NCBI RefSeq assembly: GCF_018350175.1
Contig: NC_058383.1
Location: forward strand, 3,224,001-3,288,000
Direction of reading: 5' to 3'
DNA: 64,000 nucleotides
Origin: Felis catus
Taxonomy: Eukaryota
In this document: piece by piece, positions 51,575-63,664 of the stretch
Position numbering within the stretch: position 1 is the stretch's first letter
Layout: every line of letters begins with the position of its first letter
Program-made: the position numbers and the translations under genes
Notes under the pieces: model-generated
Database searches by the model: none
What the model was told of the DNA's origin: nothing
Seen by the model: only the letters and a program-made list of their open reading frames with translations

Positions 51575-52400
51575 TCCACGCTTTCAGCAAAATTGAAAGA
51601 GGACCCCATCAAGTTGTCGGCCAATAGATCATTAAAAATAATGTGTGATGATAAATTACTGTGTAATTTTGGGCATAGTCATTGGAATGATGTGAAAGAA
51701 TTGACAGTGTTCTAATGAAACTCCTTCCATTGCCATATGCTTGTTTATGAAAATAAGTTTTCTAAGTGCATACATTTGTAAAAACAAAAACTAGAAATAA
51801 AATTGATGCTGAATACCTTCTCATTTTAGCTGGAAGTAATATTCATCCATGAATACATGAACTAATTTTTTTAAAAATCCCATTCATCCACTAAAGATGT
51901 ATTCCCAATAAAATTACACTTTTTCATGTTCAGTATTTTTCAAAATTTGTGATGATAAATGTTGGTGTGATTATTACTTATAATAATTATAATGGATGAC
52001 CAACCAGAATTTTTAACATTTAGAGTTTTCAGATCATGGAATTTGAAAAAAAAAAATAATGAAACCTCTATCTTTTCTTGTGTAGAGAAGTGTGATAAAA
52101 GACTCTCAAGCATAATATATATTACATAAATAAAATTCTATGCATGGATTGAGAAAAAGGAATGATGCAAAGTTTCCAGGTATTAAAAAGATTTTAGAAT
52201 GAATGATAGTTGGTATGAAATCACAATCGTATCTAGGTCCCTTTGGATACATTTAAAAGTGTCATCTAAAGTTTTATTTAAAACACACTAGAATTAAATG
52301 TAATGTTTATGTGAGGGAGATAGAGTTTTGCAAAATTCTTTTATGCACTAAATGGGCAAAAATACCCGAAAACTCTGTCACTTAAAGTGGTAAATGCAAA
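51575..52400 (+). mobile_element. hAT-Charlie (Charlie2-like) fragment with decayed transposase C-terminus
   Basis: From 51584, manual translation with stops and a frameshift gives SAKLKEDPIKLSANRSLKIMCDDKLLCNFGH..KELT..MKLLPLPYACL*K*VF..VKTKTRNKIDAEYLLILAGSNIHP*IHELI, the hAT C-terminal dimerisation signature (LLPFxSTYLCExGFS..KTKxRNRLD). Confidence 0.85.
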
Positions 52401-52684
52401 GTGTATGCTTCGTTTGCGAATGAAAGTTGAAGCGGGGGAGGGGATTTGAGAACCCCCAAATGTTCGTGGCAGTAATGCCAGGACAGTGGGAAAACTGGAA
52501 GGACAGACAGAGGACAAATCACACAAAATTTATAAAAGTGCTGGGCCAGTAAGTTAAACAGTAATCATAGGAAAAGTGACAAAATGGAATAAAAATATTT
52601 TAAGTATTTGATAGTGTCTTAACCCTAGGTGCCCATGAAAATCACCTGGGCTGGTTCAGGACCTTTCTTTAAAGCCCGCATGTA

Positions 52685-52842
52685 GGGGCGCCCAGTGGCC
52701 CAGTCATTTAAGTGTCCAACTCTTGATCGTGGCTCAGGTCATGATCTCACAGTTCATGAGTTCGAGCCCCCCATCGGACTCTGTGCTGACATGGCAGCGC
52801 TTGCTTGGGATTCTGTCTTCCTTTCCTCTGCCCCTCCCCTGC

Positions 52843-52876
<34 letters not shown>

Positions 52877-52897
52877 AAAAAAACAAAAACAAAAAAA
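52685..52897 (+). mobile_element. Can-SINE (Fc3-like), apparently inserted into a MER5-like remnant
   Basis: SINEC head, (CT)n, (CAAAA)-type tail. Preceded by cttaaccctaggtgcccatgaaaatcacctggg (MER5-like). Confidence 0.93.
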
Positions 52898-52914
52898 CCA
52901 CACAGGTGCTTTGA

Positions 52915-52916
<2 letters not shown>

Positions 52917-52958
<42 letters not shown>

Positions 52959-52961
52959 ACA
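52917..52961. repeat. (AC)n microsatellite
   Basis: About 22 AC units with one interruption. Confidence 0.97.
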
Positions 52962-52984
52962 GAGGCAGTGCTGTGAATTACTTG

Positions 52985-53147
52985 GTTAAAGTCAACATGT
53001 GGTCCTTGGACCAAGGATACCACCATCATCCTGGGAGCTTGTTGGGAATGCAGAGTTTTGAGCTGCATCTCAGTCCTACTGAGTCCCATTCTGCACCTGA
53101 ACTAGATCCGTAGGTGATTCATATGCACACTCAGGTTTGACAAACGC
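52985..53147. mobile_element. MER5A1-like hAT MITE
   Basis: tgtggtccttggacca...catcatcctgggagcttgttgggaatgcagag...cctactgagtcccattctgca...aggtgattcatatgcacactcaggtttga. Confidence 0.85.
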
Positions 53148-53187
53148 CCCCGGGTGCAGCTGCTGTTGGTATAGCAGTTCTAGACTA

Positions 53188-53365
53188 GAGCTGCTCCAAG
53201 GGTAGTCCGGGGACAGGCCCCTGGATGTTTGGTAGACATGCAGATTCGCAGGGCCACACCCCAGACTTCCTGACCAGAATCTCTGGGAGTGGGATCCAGG
53301 AATCTGGGTTTTAATGAATCTTGGCTGATTCTGGTGTTCTCCACAATTGGAGAAGGACCGCTCTG
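53188..53365. mobile_element. MER5A/B-like hAT MITE
   Basis: acatgcagattcgcagggccacaccccagacttcctgaccagaatctctgggagtgggatccaggaatctgggttttaa. Confidence 0.85.
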
Positions 53366-56300
53366 GAGAGAATCCACACAGACCGGCTCTGAGCGTCACG
53401 CTAGTTTAGGGCGACGGCTAGGGGCTGAGCACCAAGAGGGCCAGCTCAGTGAGAGAGTTGCAAGCTTCACCGGTCTTCAGCCCCAGGTACCTGTTGGCCA
53501 GGGGTCCTGGTGGCACGGCTGATTGTCTGCGGCTTACAGGCACGGCCTGGTAGTGCCTCTTGGGCAAACAGCCCTTGGAAACACTGCTGCCGGCCATTTA
53601 TTGGGTGACTCAGAAGACTGTCGGTGTTGAGGAGAGGGACCGGATCAGAGAGGGTGCCGGCAGATCCAGCGTCACACTCCCCCAGTGGCTCACACCCTGA
53701 GATCCAGCAGATCTGGTGGGCAAGAGGCATCCTTGCTGGAGGCAGGTGCTGTGCGCGTCTGTGGTGGCCTCAGTGGCGCTGTGGTGCGGGGCCCCAGAAG
53801 GAGGCAGGCTCACTCCTTCTGTGGGAGAGAACTGCTCTTAACTGAGAAGGACAGACATCCCGCTCTAATGAGTTTCTGGGCCCTCGTGGACCCTGAGCAC
53901 CAAGTGACCAGTTTCCAGAACTGCCCATCACAAGCTGGGTGCCATGAGACCCTCCAAGTCAGGAGGGCGGCACATTCGAGGCTGGGCCTGTGCAGATACA
54001 GAAGGTGGTAAATTACAGGAAAGGTAACCCCAAGCCCTCGTGTCACCCACTTCTTCAGCACCGACACCTCTGCCCCGTCTTATGACCCCAGCCTCTGTGG
54101 GAAAGGGTCCTAACAACCGATGGAGGAGTGAAAGCCTGGGACCGACCCCCACGTGGGTCCCAAGCACCCTTGGCCCATCGGAAACATGCACCCCTTCCGA
54201 ATGGCCATCAGGACGTGGTGAAGGGAAGTCCTCCCCTCCCCGCACCGACCCGGTTCGGGGGTTATGCTTCCTGTCCCTAAACTCTGCTCTCTCAGAGTTC
54301 CTGCATTATGGGAGACAGTGCTCTACTGGGGGGTGCACCAGGCTTCCCTGGACAGTCAGGTGAAGACAGGCGCTGGCTGGGGAGTCGGCACCAATGACCA
54401 TGAGGAGCCCAAGCCTTTGCCCCCCAACAGGGGCAGGGAGGAAGCTGAAACCCAGGCGACTCTCTGGTATGTCCCCACCGCTGCACACCCAACAGTAATA
54501 GGCAGTGGAGGGCTGTAGCGCCCGGGGCAAGTCAGCTACATGGTCTGAGGAAGGTCTGGGTCACCCCGCTGGACAAGCTGAAGCGCTGGCCCCGTCGTTC
54601 TACGCCCCTGGAATTTTGCTCCCTCACGCGGTTGAACCCAGGGCAGACAGGACTGTCCGAGTCTGTGCGGGAGGAAAATGTGTCACCAGAGGTGCAGCCA
54701 GGAAATGTGCCGTGCCTTTTGTGGAGGTCCGGCAAACCTGTCTCTTTGGAGAAGGAGTCCCAGAAGGACATAGGTCAGCGATTGGTGGCAAGGTGGCCCA
54801 ACCCATAGTCCTCTTTGGTGAAGATACATCCAGCACCCGCCGACACCCCCAGTGAGTACGGACTCAGGAAGGAATGGGTCTCGTCAGCAGCCCTCCCGCA
54901 CTTAGTGCAGGAACCTGTGCAGCTCAGGGCCGCCATGCCTTCCCCGCGCTCTTGACCTCCTCGACGCGGGGCTCTAGCTGGCCTGGTGGGCTTGCAGGGC
55001 CGTCTTCCTAACACCAGAACCACTTGAGCCCACTTTCTGTTGACTTGAATTTACTTCAGGACCCCGCGGAGCACGGGCTCACATCGCCTTATGATCTGGA
55101 CCAAGTTGAATATTCTGGTTTCGAATGGTCTTCTTTAGGACTACAGACGGGCTGTGATTTATTAACTTTGTCTCTGGCTATTTAAAAAAAAAAGGGGGGG
55201 GCTTTTATTGTGAGGAAGAAATTGTTAAAACCCTATCACCTACAAGTAGGACTTGGCTCTTCCCCGAATTAACTCACATCAACCTGTTTTCAATGGGCGA
55301 TATTCCTTCTTACTTTTAGTTCATTTTGAAGCACATCTGATTTTTTTATTCATAGTGCTTTTGATGAAAATTAATTAGTTTCTTTAAGAACCGAAACAGT
55401 ATTATCACGGGCGCTCAGACCCTGTTAGACAAAAGGGCCCTATTACAAAGCTGGCCTGAGGATCCGGAGCGCGAGGCTGTTTCGGAGAGAGCTCCCCCCC
55501 GGGTGCGGCTGTGGAGGCTTTTTGGCCGCTGGGGGCCTGGGGCTCAGTTTTCTCATCTGTAAAATGACCACTTGGAACCAGGTGGACTCCATCTCGACTT
55601 GTGTTTTATGAGCCCAACAAAATTAAACTTCTACGGAATAGGTATATAAAGAATACGTCGCAGAAGTTACGTAAACGTGATACTGATGAAACATTTTCTT
55701 AGCCCAGTGGAGAGTGCCAGTCACAATTGTAAGTAATAAGGGCACAGGGAAAAGTACAGAGAGGCAGGCGATGAGAGGAGGACAGTGGGCTCCAGGCTGG
55801 TACTCAGGTATTAGGTCCACCCCAAACTAATTGCCGAGATGTTGGGCAGGCTCGGATGGGCTGACCAGGACGGCCCCCGGTTGTGCCGGCCTGGAGGGGC
55901 CTGGATGTGCTGTCCTGGTTTTCAGGGAACAGTCAAGCTTGAAGTCTACAGACAGCCAGCTTCCTGTAACTTCACCTCTTTTGCAAAGACAGCTATGAAA
56001 CCATCTTTCACGAAGCCAAAGAAAAGTCCACTTCCTTAACTATAATTTCAATCATGAAGAAGTTAGAGAAAAAAATCACCTTCAAAAGTACCACTTAACT
56101 TACTACAGCTCTCCACTTGGCCCATGACGTCACTGTTTGCCTCGGGCCTTGGAGACGAAAGTCAAATCTGTTTACCTACCACGTTTCTGATTTGGTTTGA
56201 CTAACCAAGAGCCTTAATTTTAATAAAACGTGTGATCCTGTGTTCACAATCCATTACGAGTAGAACCTCCTGAATTGATCCCTTCATTACTTACCAAATA

Positions 56301-57076
56301 AATGTTGTTGTCTTAAGAGAAGGGCTTTTAACATAATACTTTATTAGTCGGAATATATACTTCAGCAGAACATCTGTTATCACACAAGATGCAGGGCTTA
56401 ATGGCCTGGCCCGGGGAGGGGAGGCCGGACAGCCCTCAGAGAAGGGAGTCCGGAGAGCCAGGGTGGCTCAAGAGCAGTGACCCAGAAAGTGCTCATGGAG
56501 GTGCCCCGTTGGGGACAGCAGAGCGGGAGGGAAGCAGAGTTGGGAGACCAAGCTACCTCAGTCTGGAGGGTGGGAGGAACGTAAAGCTGCATCTGAGTCG
56601 TCGGGCAAACCCACCCGCAGAATGGAGGGCAGAGCAGGTCATAGAGTGGGCAGAGGGCCTCACGTTGGCATGTGCTGGGCGCGCTGCTCGGACTTGAAGA
56701 CGGACCGCCAACCCGTCCTAAAAAAAACCGCAGCTCTCGATTCAGGGTCCCCTAAGCTGTGGGTCTCCCTCGGCATTCCAGATAGGATTCTCTCGACACA
56801 GGTTTTTGTTTTTTGTTTTTCTCTTTAACAAATGCAACTTGGTCAATTAAAAAGAAAATCCATTTGCAGTGAGTATTTATTTAACACTGAACAGGTTGCT
56901 TGCTGTACGAGCCTCAAAATAATACAAATAAAATAAATTACTGGATGCATTTAGGAAGTGACTGGATCACCAGTATAAACAGATTGAAATTGTGGTTTCT
57001 GGAATAAGTTCAGTAGAAATGATGTTTAAACCGCTCTCCTATATGCAACCTTACAGAAATCCGCTTGAATAATTTT

Positions 57077-57284
57077 TTTTTAACGTTTATTTATTTTTGA
57101 GACAGAGAGAGACAGAGCATGAACAGGGGAGGAGCAGAGAGAGAGGGAGACACAGAATCCGAAACAGGCTCCAGGCTCCGAGCTGTCAGCACAGAGCCCG
57201 ACGCGGGGCTCAAACTCACGGACCGTGAAATCATGACCTGAGCCGAAGTCGGACAATTAACCGACCGAGCCACCCAGGCGCCCC
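57077..57284 (-). mobile_element. Can-SINE (SINEC_Fc2-like), antisense
   Basis: Reverse-complement element ending cacccaggcgcccc. TSD atcc(g/a)cttgaataatttt at 57059-57076 and 57285-57302. Confidence 0.97.
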
Positions 57285-57657
57285 ATCCACTTGAATAATT
57301 TTAGACCATATTCCCAGTTACTTAAAGAAGAAGGGTGGGTTTGTATTTCTTGATAACACATATGCGTTTCTCTTTGAAGTAAATGAGAGTAACTCACCGA
57401 TAGCAGGAGGAAAGAGAGCCCCAGAAATTTTGTTAACTATAAGTTTAGGTTGCTGATAATTGACATTGCTTTTCCTGAACTGAATAATAGCATCACTCAT
57501 GGGCCACACACCCAGCCGCACGCATGTGCATACACACCCATGAAAAGAAAAACGTGCCAGCACATCCCTCTGGATATGCAGTTAATATCCTGGTTAAAGG
57601 GATCTCAGTAAAGATTTCCTATAAGTTATGTTTATTGCATAAAAACAGGTAGAACAT

Positions 57658-57860
57658 GGGGCGCCTGGATGGCTCGGTCGGTTAAGTGTCCAACTTCGGC
57701 TCAGGTCATGAGCTCATGGTCCGTGGGTTCGAGCCCCACGTCAGGCTCTGTGCTGACAGCTCAGAGCCTGGAGCCTGCTTGGGATTCTGTGTCTGCCTCT
57801 CTCCCTGCCCCTTCTCTGCTCACACTCTGTCTCTCAAAAATGGATAAACATCAAATTTAA
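57658..57860 (+). mobile_element. Can-SINE (SINEC_Fc2-like)
   Basis: Full element. Imperfect TSD aaaaacaggtagaacat / aaaaataggtaaagcat. Confidence 0.96.
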
Positions 57861-59799
57861 AAAAATAGGTAAAGCATAAGGTATGAATTCTGTGCTAAGG
57901 GAATTCTGCCCTCCGGTTTTCACAAGAAAAGGACATTTCTTTAAGGAGTTTGATTACCTGTGATAGGTCGTTTCTGAGTATGATGTAGAGCACCCACCTT
58001 CCAGCAGAGCTGATGTTCAGATGACTTTTCCGCAAGCCCCAGGTCCCCGCACACCTCCCTGATCCTTTGAGAAGAAGCCAGCCGCCCCTGTGTAAAGTCC
58101 CTCAGATCTGTGTGTGTTGACGCCTTCTGTCTGCCTCCCTCCAGTCCTGGAAGGGCATTTCTGCTCCTCTCGGAGCTCAGAAACGTCCGCTTCCCTGACC
58201 TCCTCTTCTCCAGGAGCTTGGCTCCGCCTTGTCTCTTGTCCCCTCAGCCTCCCCTGCAGATCTGTAGGCACGCTCAGTGCCTCCACCTCCACTTTCGTGT
58301 CTGAACTTCCGGTTGCCATTGACACCCTCAGGCTCCCTGCTCCGGGGCCTTCACCCTCCACAGCCCTCTGGGGTCTGGTCTCCACTGACACTGCCACCAG
58401 TGGGTCAGAAGTGACCTGTACGACTCCACATCTGCTCGGGATTTGCCTTCCACTCTTTCTTCTTTGGCCGCTTTCCCCCATTAAATGTCCTCTTTCCTGT
58501 TACTGTCGATCACTGAGGCCTGGAGCCCCAAGTCTGCTCTTGGGATTGTGTGCGCTGTGGCCGCGACTGGGTCTCACACGGCCAGGTGTCCCATGGACTC
58601 CTCGGGCCAGTCTGCATAACACAGGGCCTCATTTCTTGCCCATACCCATTGCTCTCACTAGTAACCAAGTCTTCTTAAACATGGAAATCATAGGATCATC
58701 TTACATTTCTCATCTAGTTCCCTGAAGTTCCCAAATTCTGTCGGTTCTATTTCTGAAATAGTAGGAACTTTATTTAGCGTCTGCTGGGGTCTATGACTTG
58801 CTACGCTGAGGGAGGCAGTTTGCAGAGGAACCTGCTGACATGGTGCTAGTCCAGGCCACAAGACCAGTAAGTGCTAGAAGCAGGGTTGAACTTGATGTAC
58901 AAGCTGCAAAGCCCCCTCTTTCGAGCTCCCGCGTGCCTCAGGCTTCCGGACCCTGTCCCGATCCCCACACTCACTCGGGCTCCCGTCACCTCCCCCACCC
59001 TGGGAGAAGTCTCCAGCAGTTTTGCTCCCCTTCCTCCTGAAAGAACTCGTGAAAGCCGTCCACCTCCTCACACACCTTTAGTACCGTTTTCACACGTGTA
59101 AATACTTGCAAGGGATATTATTGTAAATATGCACATTTAAAAGTAAAATATCGTCCTTCTGAACAGATCCACTGGAATAGCTAATTACCATAGTGGTTTG
59201 ATAATCGACATCCATTTCCAAAGACTGTGAGAAATGTTTTCTCGGACAGTTGACGGTGGTGTTGCTACATCATTGACTTCTACTCTGCCCACCCCCCTGC
59301 GGGATTTTATCCCAATGGACTGTTATTTTATGCTTCAAGACTTGTCATTGATCACCCTATCATACTTTCTTGCGAAGGTTGATCAGAATACCATTAAGTG
59401 TATTACACGTTTCATAAATAATTATCAAACTTAAAATTTTAATGAGAACGTCTCTCATGGTGACGATGAGATGGGTTCAAGGGTATTTATGTTTTGGTAC
59501 CATAATCAGAGCGACTCAAGTTGGTTCTTCGGTTTGTGAGCCAGAGGGTTTTATTCAACATGGCACGTCCTTGCAATTCAGGATGGAGACAGGTTAGCCT
59601 TCCTTCTTCAAGTGGGAGGGTGGCAGTGAAAGGGGAGGAGGGGGGAGGGCCTGGAGCTCAGACTTCTCAGGCAGGTGGTTTTAGGGAAAACACGTATGAA
59701 AGTTGGGTATCTAGAAATTGATTCTTTTAAAAGTGCTTGTGCTTAGAATGTTCCTTAGGTCACCTTACCCCACGGCAGGGGTCCCTGGCTTGAATATCA

Positions 59800-60275
59800 T
59801 ACTCTGGACTATTGCAGTGGCCTCCCCACTAGCCCATGGCAGCTGCCCTACCCTGGGCACCTCTCAGTAATGACAACGGAGCTCTCTTTCTAAAACAGGC
59901 CACTTGCCTTCTCCAGATCTGAAAATCTTCACTCTTGCTGGTATTTAAGACTCTTTACACCTGTCCTACCCTATGTATGAAGTTTCAGTTTTTGCAAATT
60001 TTTCCACCTCTCCCCAAATTAATTCACCCTTGTCCTGCTCTGCTGCACTTTGAACAAGTCCCCTGGCCCAGAGTACCCTCACCCCCTTTATTTCTGCCCA
60101 CACATCTACAAGATGGCTCACATGTTCTCTCTCTTCTGAAATCGTGTGCAGCCCTGAACGCATTCATATATCTGTCATAACGCCCCCCACCCCCACCCCC
60201 ACCCCGGCGGTCACTGCACCTGCTTCACCTGGCAAGGCCTGAGCTCCTTTCCAGACTTCACCTCCCTTCTGACCG
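59800..60275 (+). mobile_element. Degenerate L2 fragment
   Basis: ctctggactattgcagtggcctccccact...ctctttctaaaacag...ggtatttaagactctttacacctg...cttcacctggcaa. Confidence 0.55.
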
Positions 60276-61396
60276 TGGATCCCTAGGTTAAGCACAACGC
60301 CCAGTGTACACCTGGAATGGAATTGGTAGTTTCAGATGCCAAGACATTAAACTTCTTAAATAAATGCAAGAAAGTAGACTTATTCTTTAGGAAGATTATT
60401 TTTGAGGAAAACCTGTTTACACAGTTTGATATTATATTCATTGAGAGGGTAACTTTTTACTTGAGAGAATATGGCAAGAAAATAAGAATGTGGAAGATCT
60501 CTTGAGCCTTATACTGACTGGTGAATTTCAATTTAAAGCAGGAAGTTGAATCCATTTGACAGATGATTCTGCCAGGGCAGCTATTTTGATAATAGATTGG
60601 AATGTTGCTGATAGTGGCCATTACCTACAGTACAACACGCCGTCCTCTGGGTAGTGGGATCATTTGTTTCCTTTCTCTCCTTATTATTGTACCTATCTAT
60701 GTAACTTTCAAAAATCATAAATAAATCTTTTTTAAAAAGCTGCTCTGAGGCTCACCTAGGGAGCGTAAGGTAGAAAGGCAGGCAGACCTTTAATTGTGAA
60801 GGCTGGGCTTGGCACCACAGTAACAGATTAGCTTTACAAAAAGAGAATTCAGAAGTTAAGAATAATAATATGTATTTTCACAAGTTGAAATTACCAGTAA
60901 TTCACAAGTTGGGTAGGAACTGGAGACAAGGCAGAGTTTCTTAGATGGTATCTGGCAAGTTAAAATATGGAAGGAAGGCGTTTCCTCCTCTGTTTGACTT
61001 ACTGTCTTCCTCTCTGCTGTCTTATAACCAAAGCCCCTTAGCAGAGATGGCCCCTGGGGGTGAGAGACACCTGCCCTGGGGCCAGGCCGCCTGCCTGAGT
61101 CTGGCCGCTCTACTGGCAGGCACATAGCCCTGGGGGAGCCCCCTAGCATCCCCTCTGCTTCTGCTGGTCATCTGTCTCACAGGGGGAGCAGTGACAGGTA
61201 CATCACAGGAATGTGTGAAGTTCTGGGTTAAGAACACGTCAAGTGTGTAAGAGGGCCTAATGTGAATTATTGTTATTTAATTATTGCTTTTATAGAATTA
61301 TTCATATTACTGAGTACAGTGATGCAGTGAGTACAGTGATCTTATTCTAATTATTGTGTATTTATAGTTTTTGTTAATTAAAATGAGACACTTTTT

Positions 61397-61600
61397 AAAA
61401 TGTATGTGTATTTATTTTGAGAGACAGAAAGAGCGTGTGCAGGGGAAGGGCAGAGACAGAGTGGGAGAGAAAATCCCAAGCAGGCTCCACCCTGTCAGTA
61501 ATGAGCCTGAGGCAGGGCTCGAACTCATGAACTGTGAGATCATGACCTGAGCCAAATTTAAGAGTCGGATGCTTAACCCATTGAGATACCCAGACGGCCC
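61397..61600 (-). mobile_element. Can-SINE (Fc3-like), antisense
   Basis: aatcccaagcaggctcc...ggctcgaactcatgaactgtgagatcatgacctgagcc. Flanking repeat aaaat(g/a)agacactttt. Confidence 0.95.
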
Positions 61601-63264
61601 TCAAAAATAAGACACTTTTAAAAATTTTTCTAAATTGTCTGATGGACCAACTAAAAAAAAAAAATCCCATGTGTACATTATTAGTAACTCAAAATTATAC
61701 AATACACGTTGGAAGTTTCACTTGTCAGAGTAAAAATTATCTTTTTTATGAAAATGCATTTAAAGCTTGTTAAGAGCAGACAAGGATGCTATCTGCCATG
61801 AATAATAAGCTATTAGGAGACAATGTCTTTCTTGAAGACACGATATAGTCTTTTTTAGAAATTGAATTATTTGGATGATATTAACATTTTAACGGAGGAA
61901 TTATCCTTTTTTCATATTTCTTAAGAAAGTGATATTTAATTTCGGCTTCATGTTAGTGATGTTATAAGTATTTAACATATCCAAAATCTCAGTTCAAACT
62001 AATTGATACTTCATATTTCCATAAAGATAGAAGCATCACGCGCTTCTTGGTTTCACGTGTGTATCACTCTGCCTTCGTCGTCAGTGTGAGTTTTAATGGA
62101 GCCATATTGTGAAAATACCAATCCCGAGGAAATAATAATTGGGATAAGTAATATCTTTGGTGTGAAAACTTGCCAATCACACAAGTGCTGTGAAGATGTG
62201 TGTTTTACAAAAAAGGGCCCCGTTTGCTAAGTGACAGCCGCTGGCATTAGGCAGGTGTACGTGATTTGCGGGAAGCCACAGCAGGGTCTCACCTGGTGTC
62301 CCAGGATGCTGTCCTCCTAGGCGGCCGTGGTGGACACAGAAGAAGTGGCCTTTGGAGAAGGACTGGATGGTGAAACTAAACGGCCGAAAGGCTTCAGACA
62401 CCTCCTGGAGGAAGACAAGTAAGATTTAAAGCTCTGTTATTAAAGAACGAGATGTATAAGTAAAGCAGTTCGTTCTCACACCCCTGGCAGATTTTGACAA
62501 CTGAGAGAAAAATGGGGTCCTAATTGGAGGTTTGTGTTGGAGGTGTATCGTACCCCAGTTAGTGCTGTTGGTGCACTGAGAGCTTGCTGGTGGAGTTCAA
62601 GTGGAGTTCATCTCGGGGAACTAAAGGAGAAGGGAAGATTGCTTTTCCTGGAGCGTTTTCTGGGCACCCCGCTTGGTCCAGGCGCACGACGTACGAGAAG
62701 GGGGTCTGCTCTTGGTTTTTCTCGGGATTATTCAAGTCATTTTGGAATTTATTAACAAAAATGGTTCTGGCCAATCCTGTGGAAGCACAGAAATGACCAG
62801 GGCAGAGTGACGAGGGCAGAAGGCCTTTGAAGGATGCCGTGCGTGCCTGGAAGCCGTGGTTGCCTTGCCGCGGGGTCCAGGGCTCACCCCTGGGAGCGCA
62901 TCGGTTGTATGAGTCGTGAGAAAGGACAGAGATGTGCCGTTTGTTTTCGTGTCTTGAGATTTACTTTTAAAACATGCTACTTAAGGAAAGAAAAACATGT
63001 TTCTTTTGTCTCGAAACACTATGTACCTTTGTCGCGGTCATCACCACCCTCAGTCCTTCTGAGGGAATCACCTGGCACGAAGGCAGAACCTTAACTTGTG
63101 GTTACACTGGTTAGTTCTGTCCTACACGCGGCGTGGGGCCGGGCTGTGTACTGGTTGGAGTAGCCCCTGCGCGTGCTGACTTCGCTGGTTGGAAGGACGG
63201 GGAGCAGTCTGTTGTTCAGATGAATCTTGCAAACATTTGCAGTCCTGCGTGTAGATCCTGGGGT

Positions 63265-63375
63265 TTATTTGCTTGTTTATTCAACAATTTGGGAGGGCAT
63301 TTATTGAGTGTCAGTTGTTGGGGATGTAGCAATAAATACGACTGTCCTCCGAGACCTCACGACCCATTCTGTCTG
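63265..63375 (-). mobile_element. L2 3' end
   Basis: ttgtttattcaacaa...catttattgagtg...ttggggatgtagcaataaatacgac. Confidence 0.6.
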
Positions 63376-63455
63376 CTGTTTCACAGCCTTTGTGGTTTTT
63401 TTTTTTTTAAATCAAGTTATTTTAATATTGAAAGCTTTGCTAGAAAAACTTTCTG

Positions 63456-63664
63456 TTTTTTTTTAAGTTTATTTATTTATTTTGAAAGAGAGAAGGAAGG
63501 GGCAGAGAGAGAGGAAGAGAGAGAGCGAGAGAGAGAGAATCCCAAGCAGGATCTGTGCTGTCAGCATAGAGCCCATTGTGGGGCTCAAACTCACGAACTG
63601 TGAGATCAAGACCTGAGCCCAGATCAGGAGTCCAACACAACCAATTGAGCCACCCAGGCGCCCC
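63456..63664 (-). mobile_element. Can-SINE (Fc3-like), antisense
   Basis: Reverse-complement element ending cacccaggcgcccc. TSD ctagaaaaac(t/g)t(t/c)ct. Confidence 0.96.

Noticed and set aside
54054..54062. Additional TTCAGCACC RE1 half-sites (also near 2668)
   Set aside because: No GGACAG right half at the canonical spacing.
58017..58725. Overlapping 154-aa and 203-aa ORFs
   Set aside because: Reflect a pyrimidine-skewed strand (S/L/P-rich one way, E/G/R-rich the other). No homology recognised.
13582..63664. tRNA-like A/B boxes and recurring near-identical ORF peptides (GSGHDLTV, SAQVMISR)
   Set aside because: These are heads and translations of tRNA-derived SINEC repeats, not tRNA genes or a protein family.
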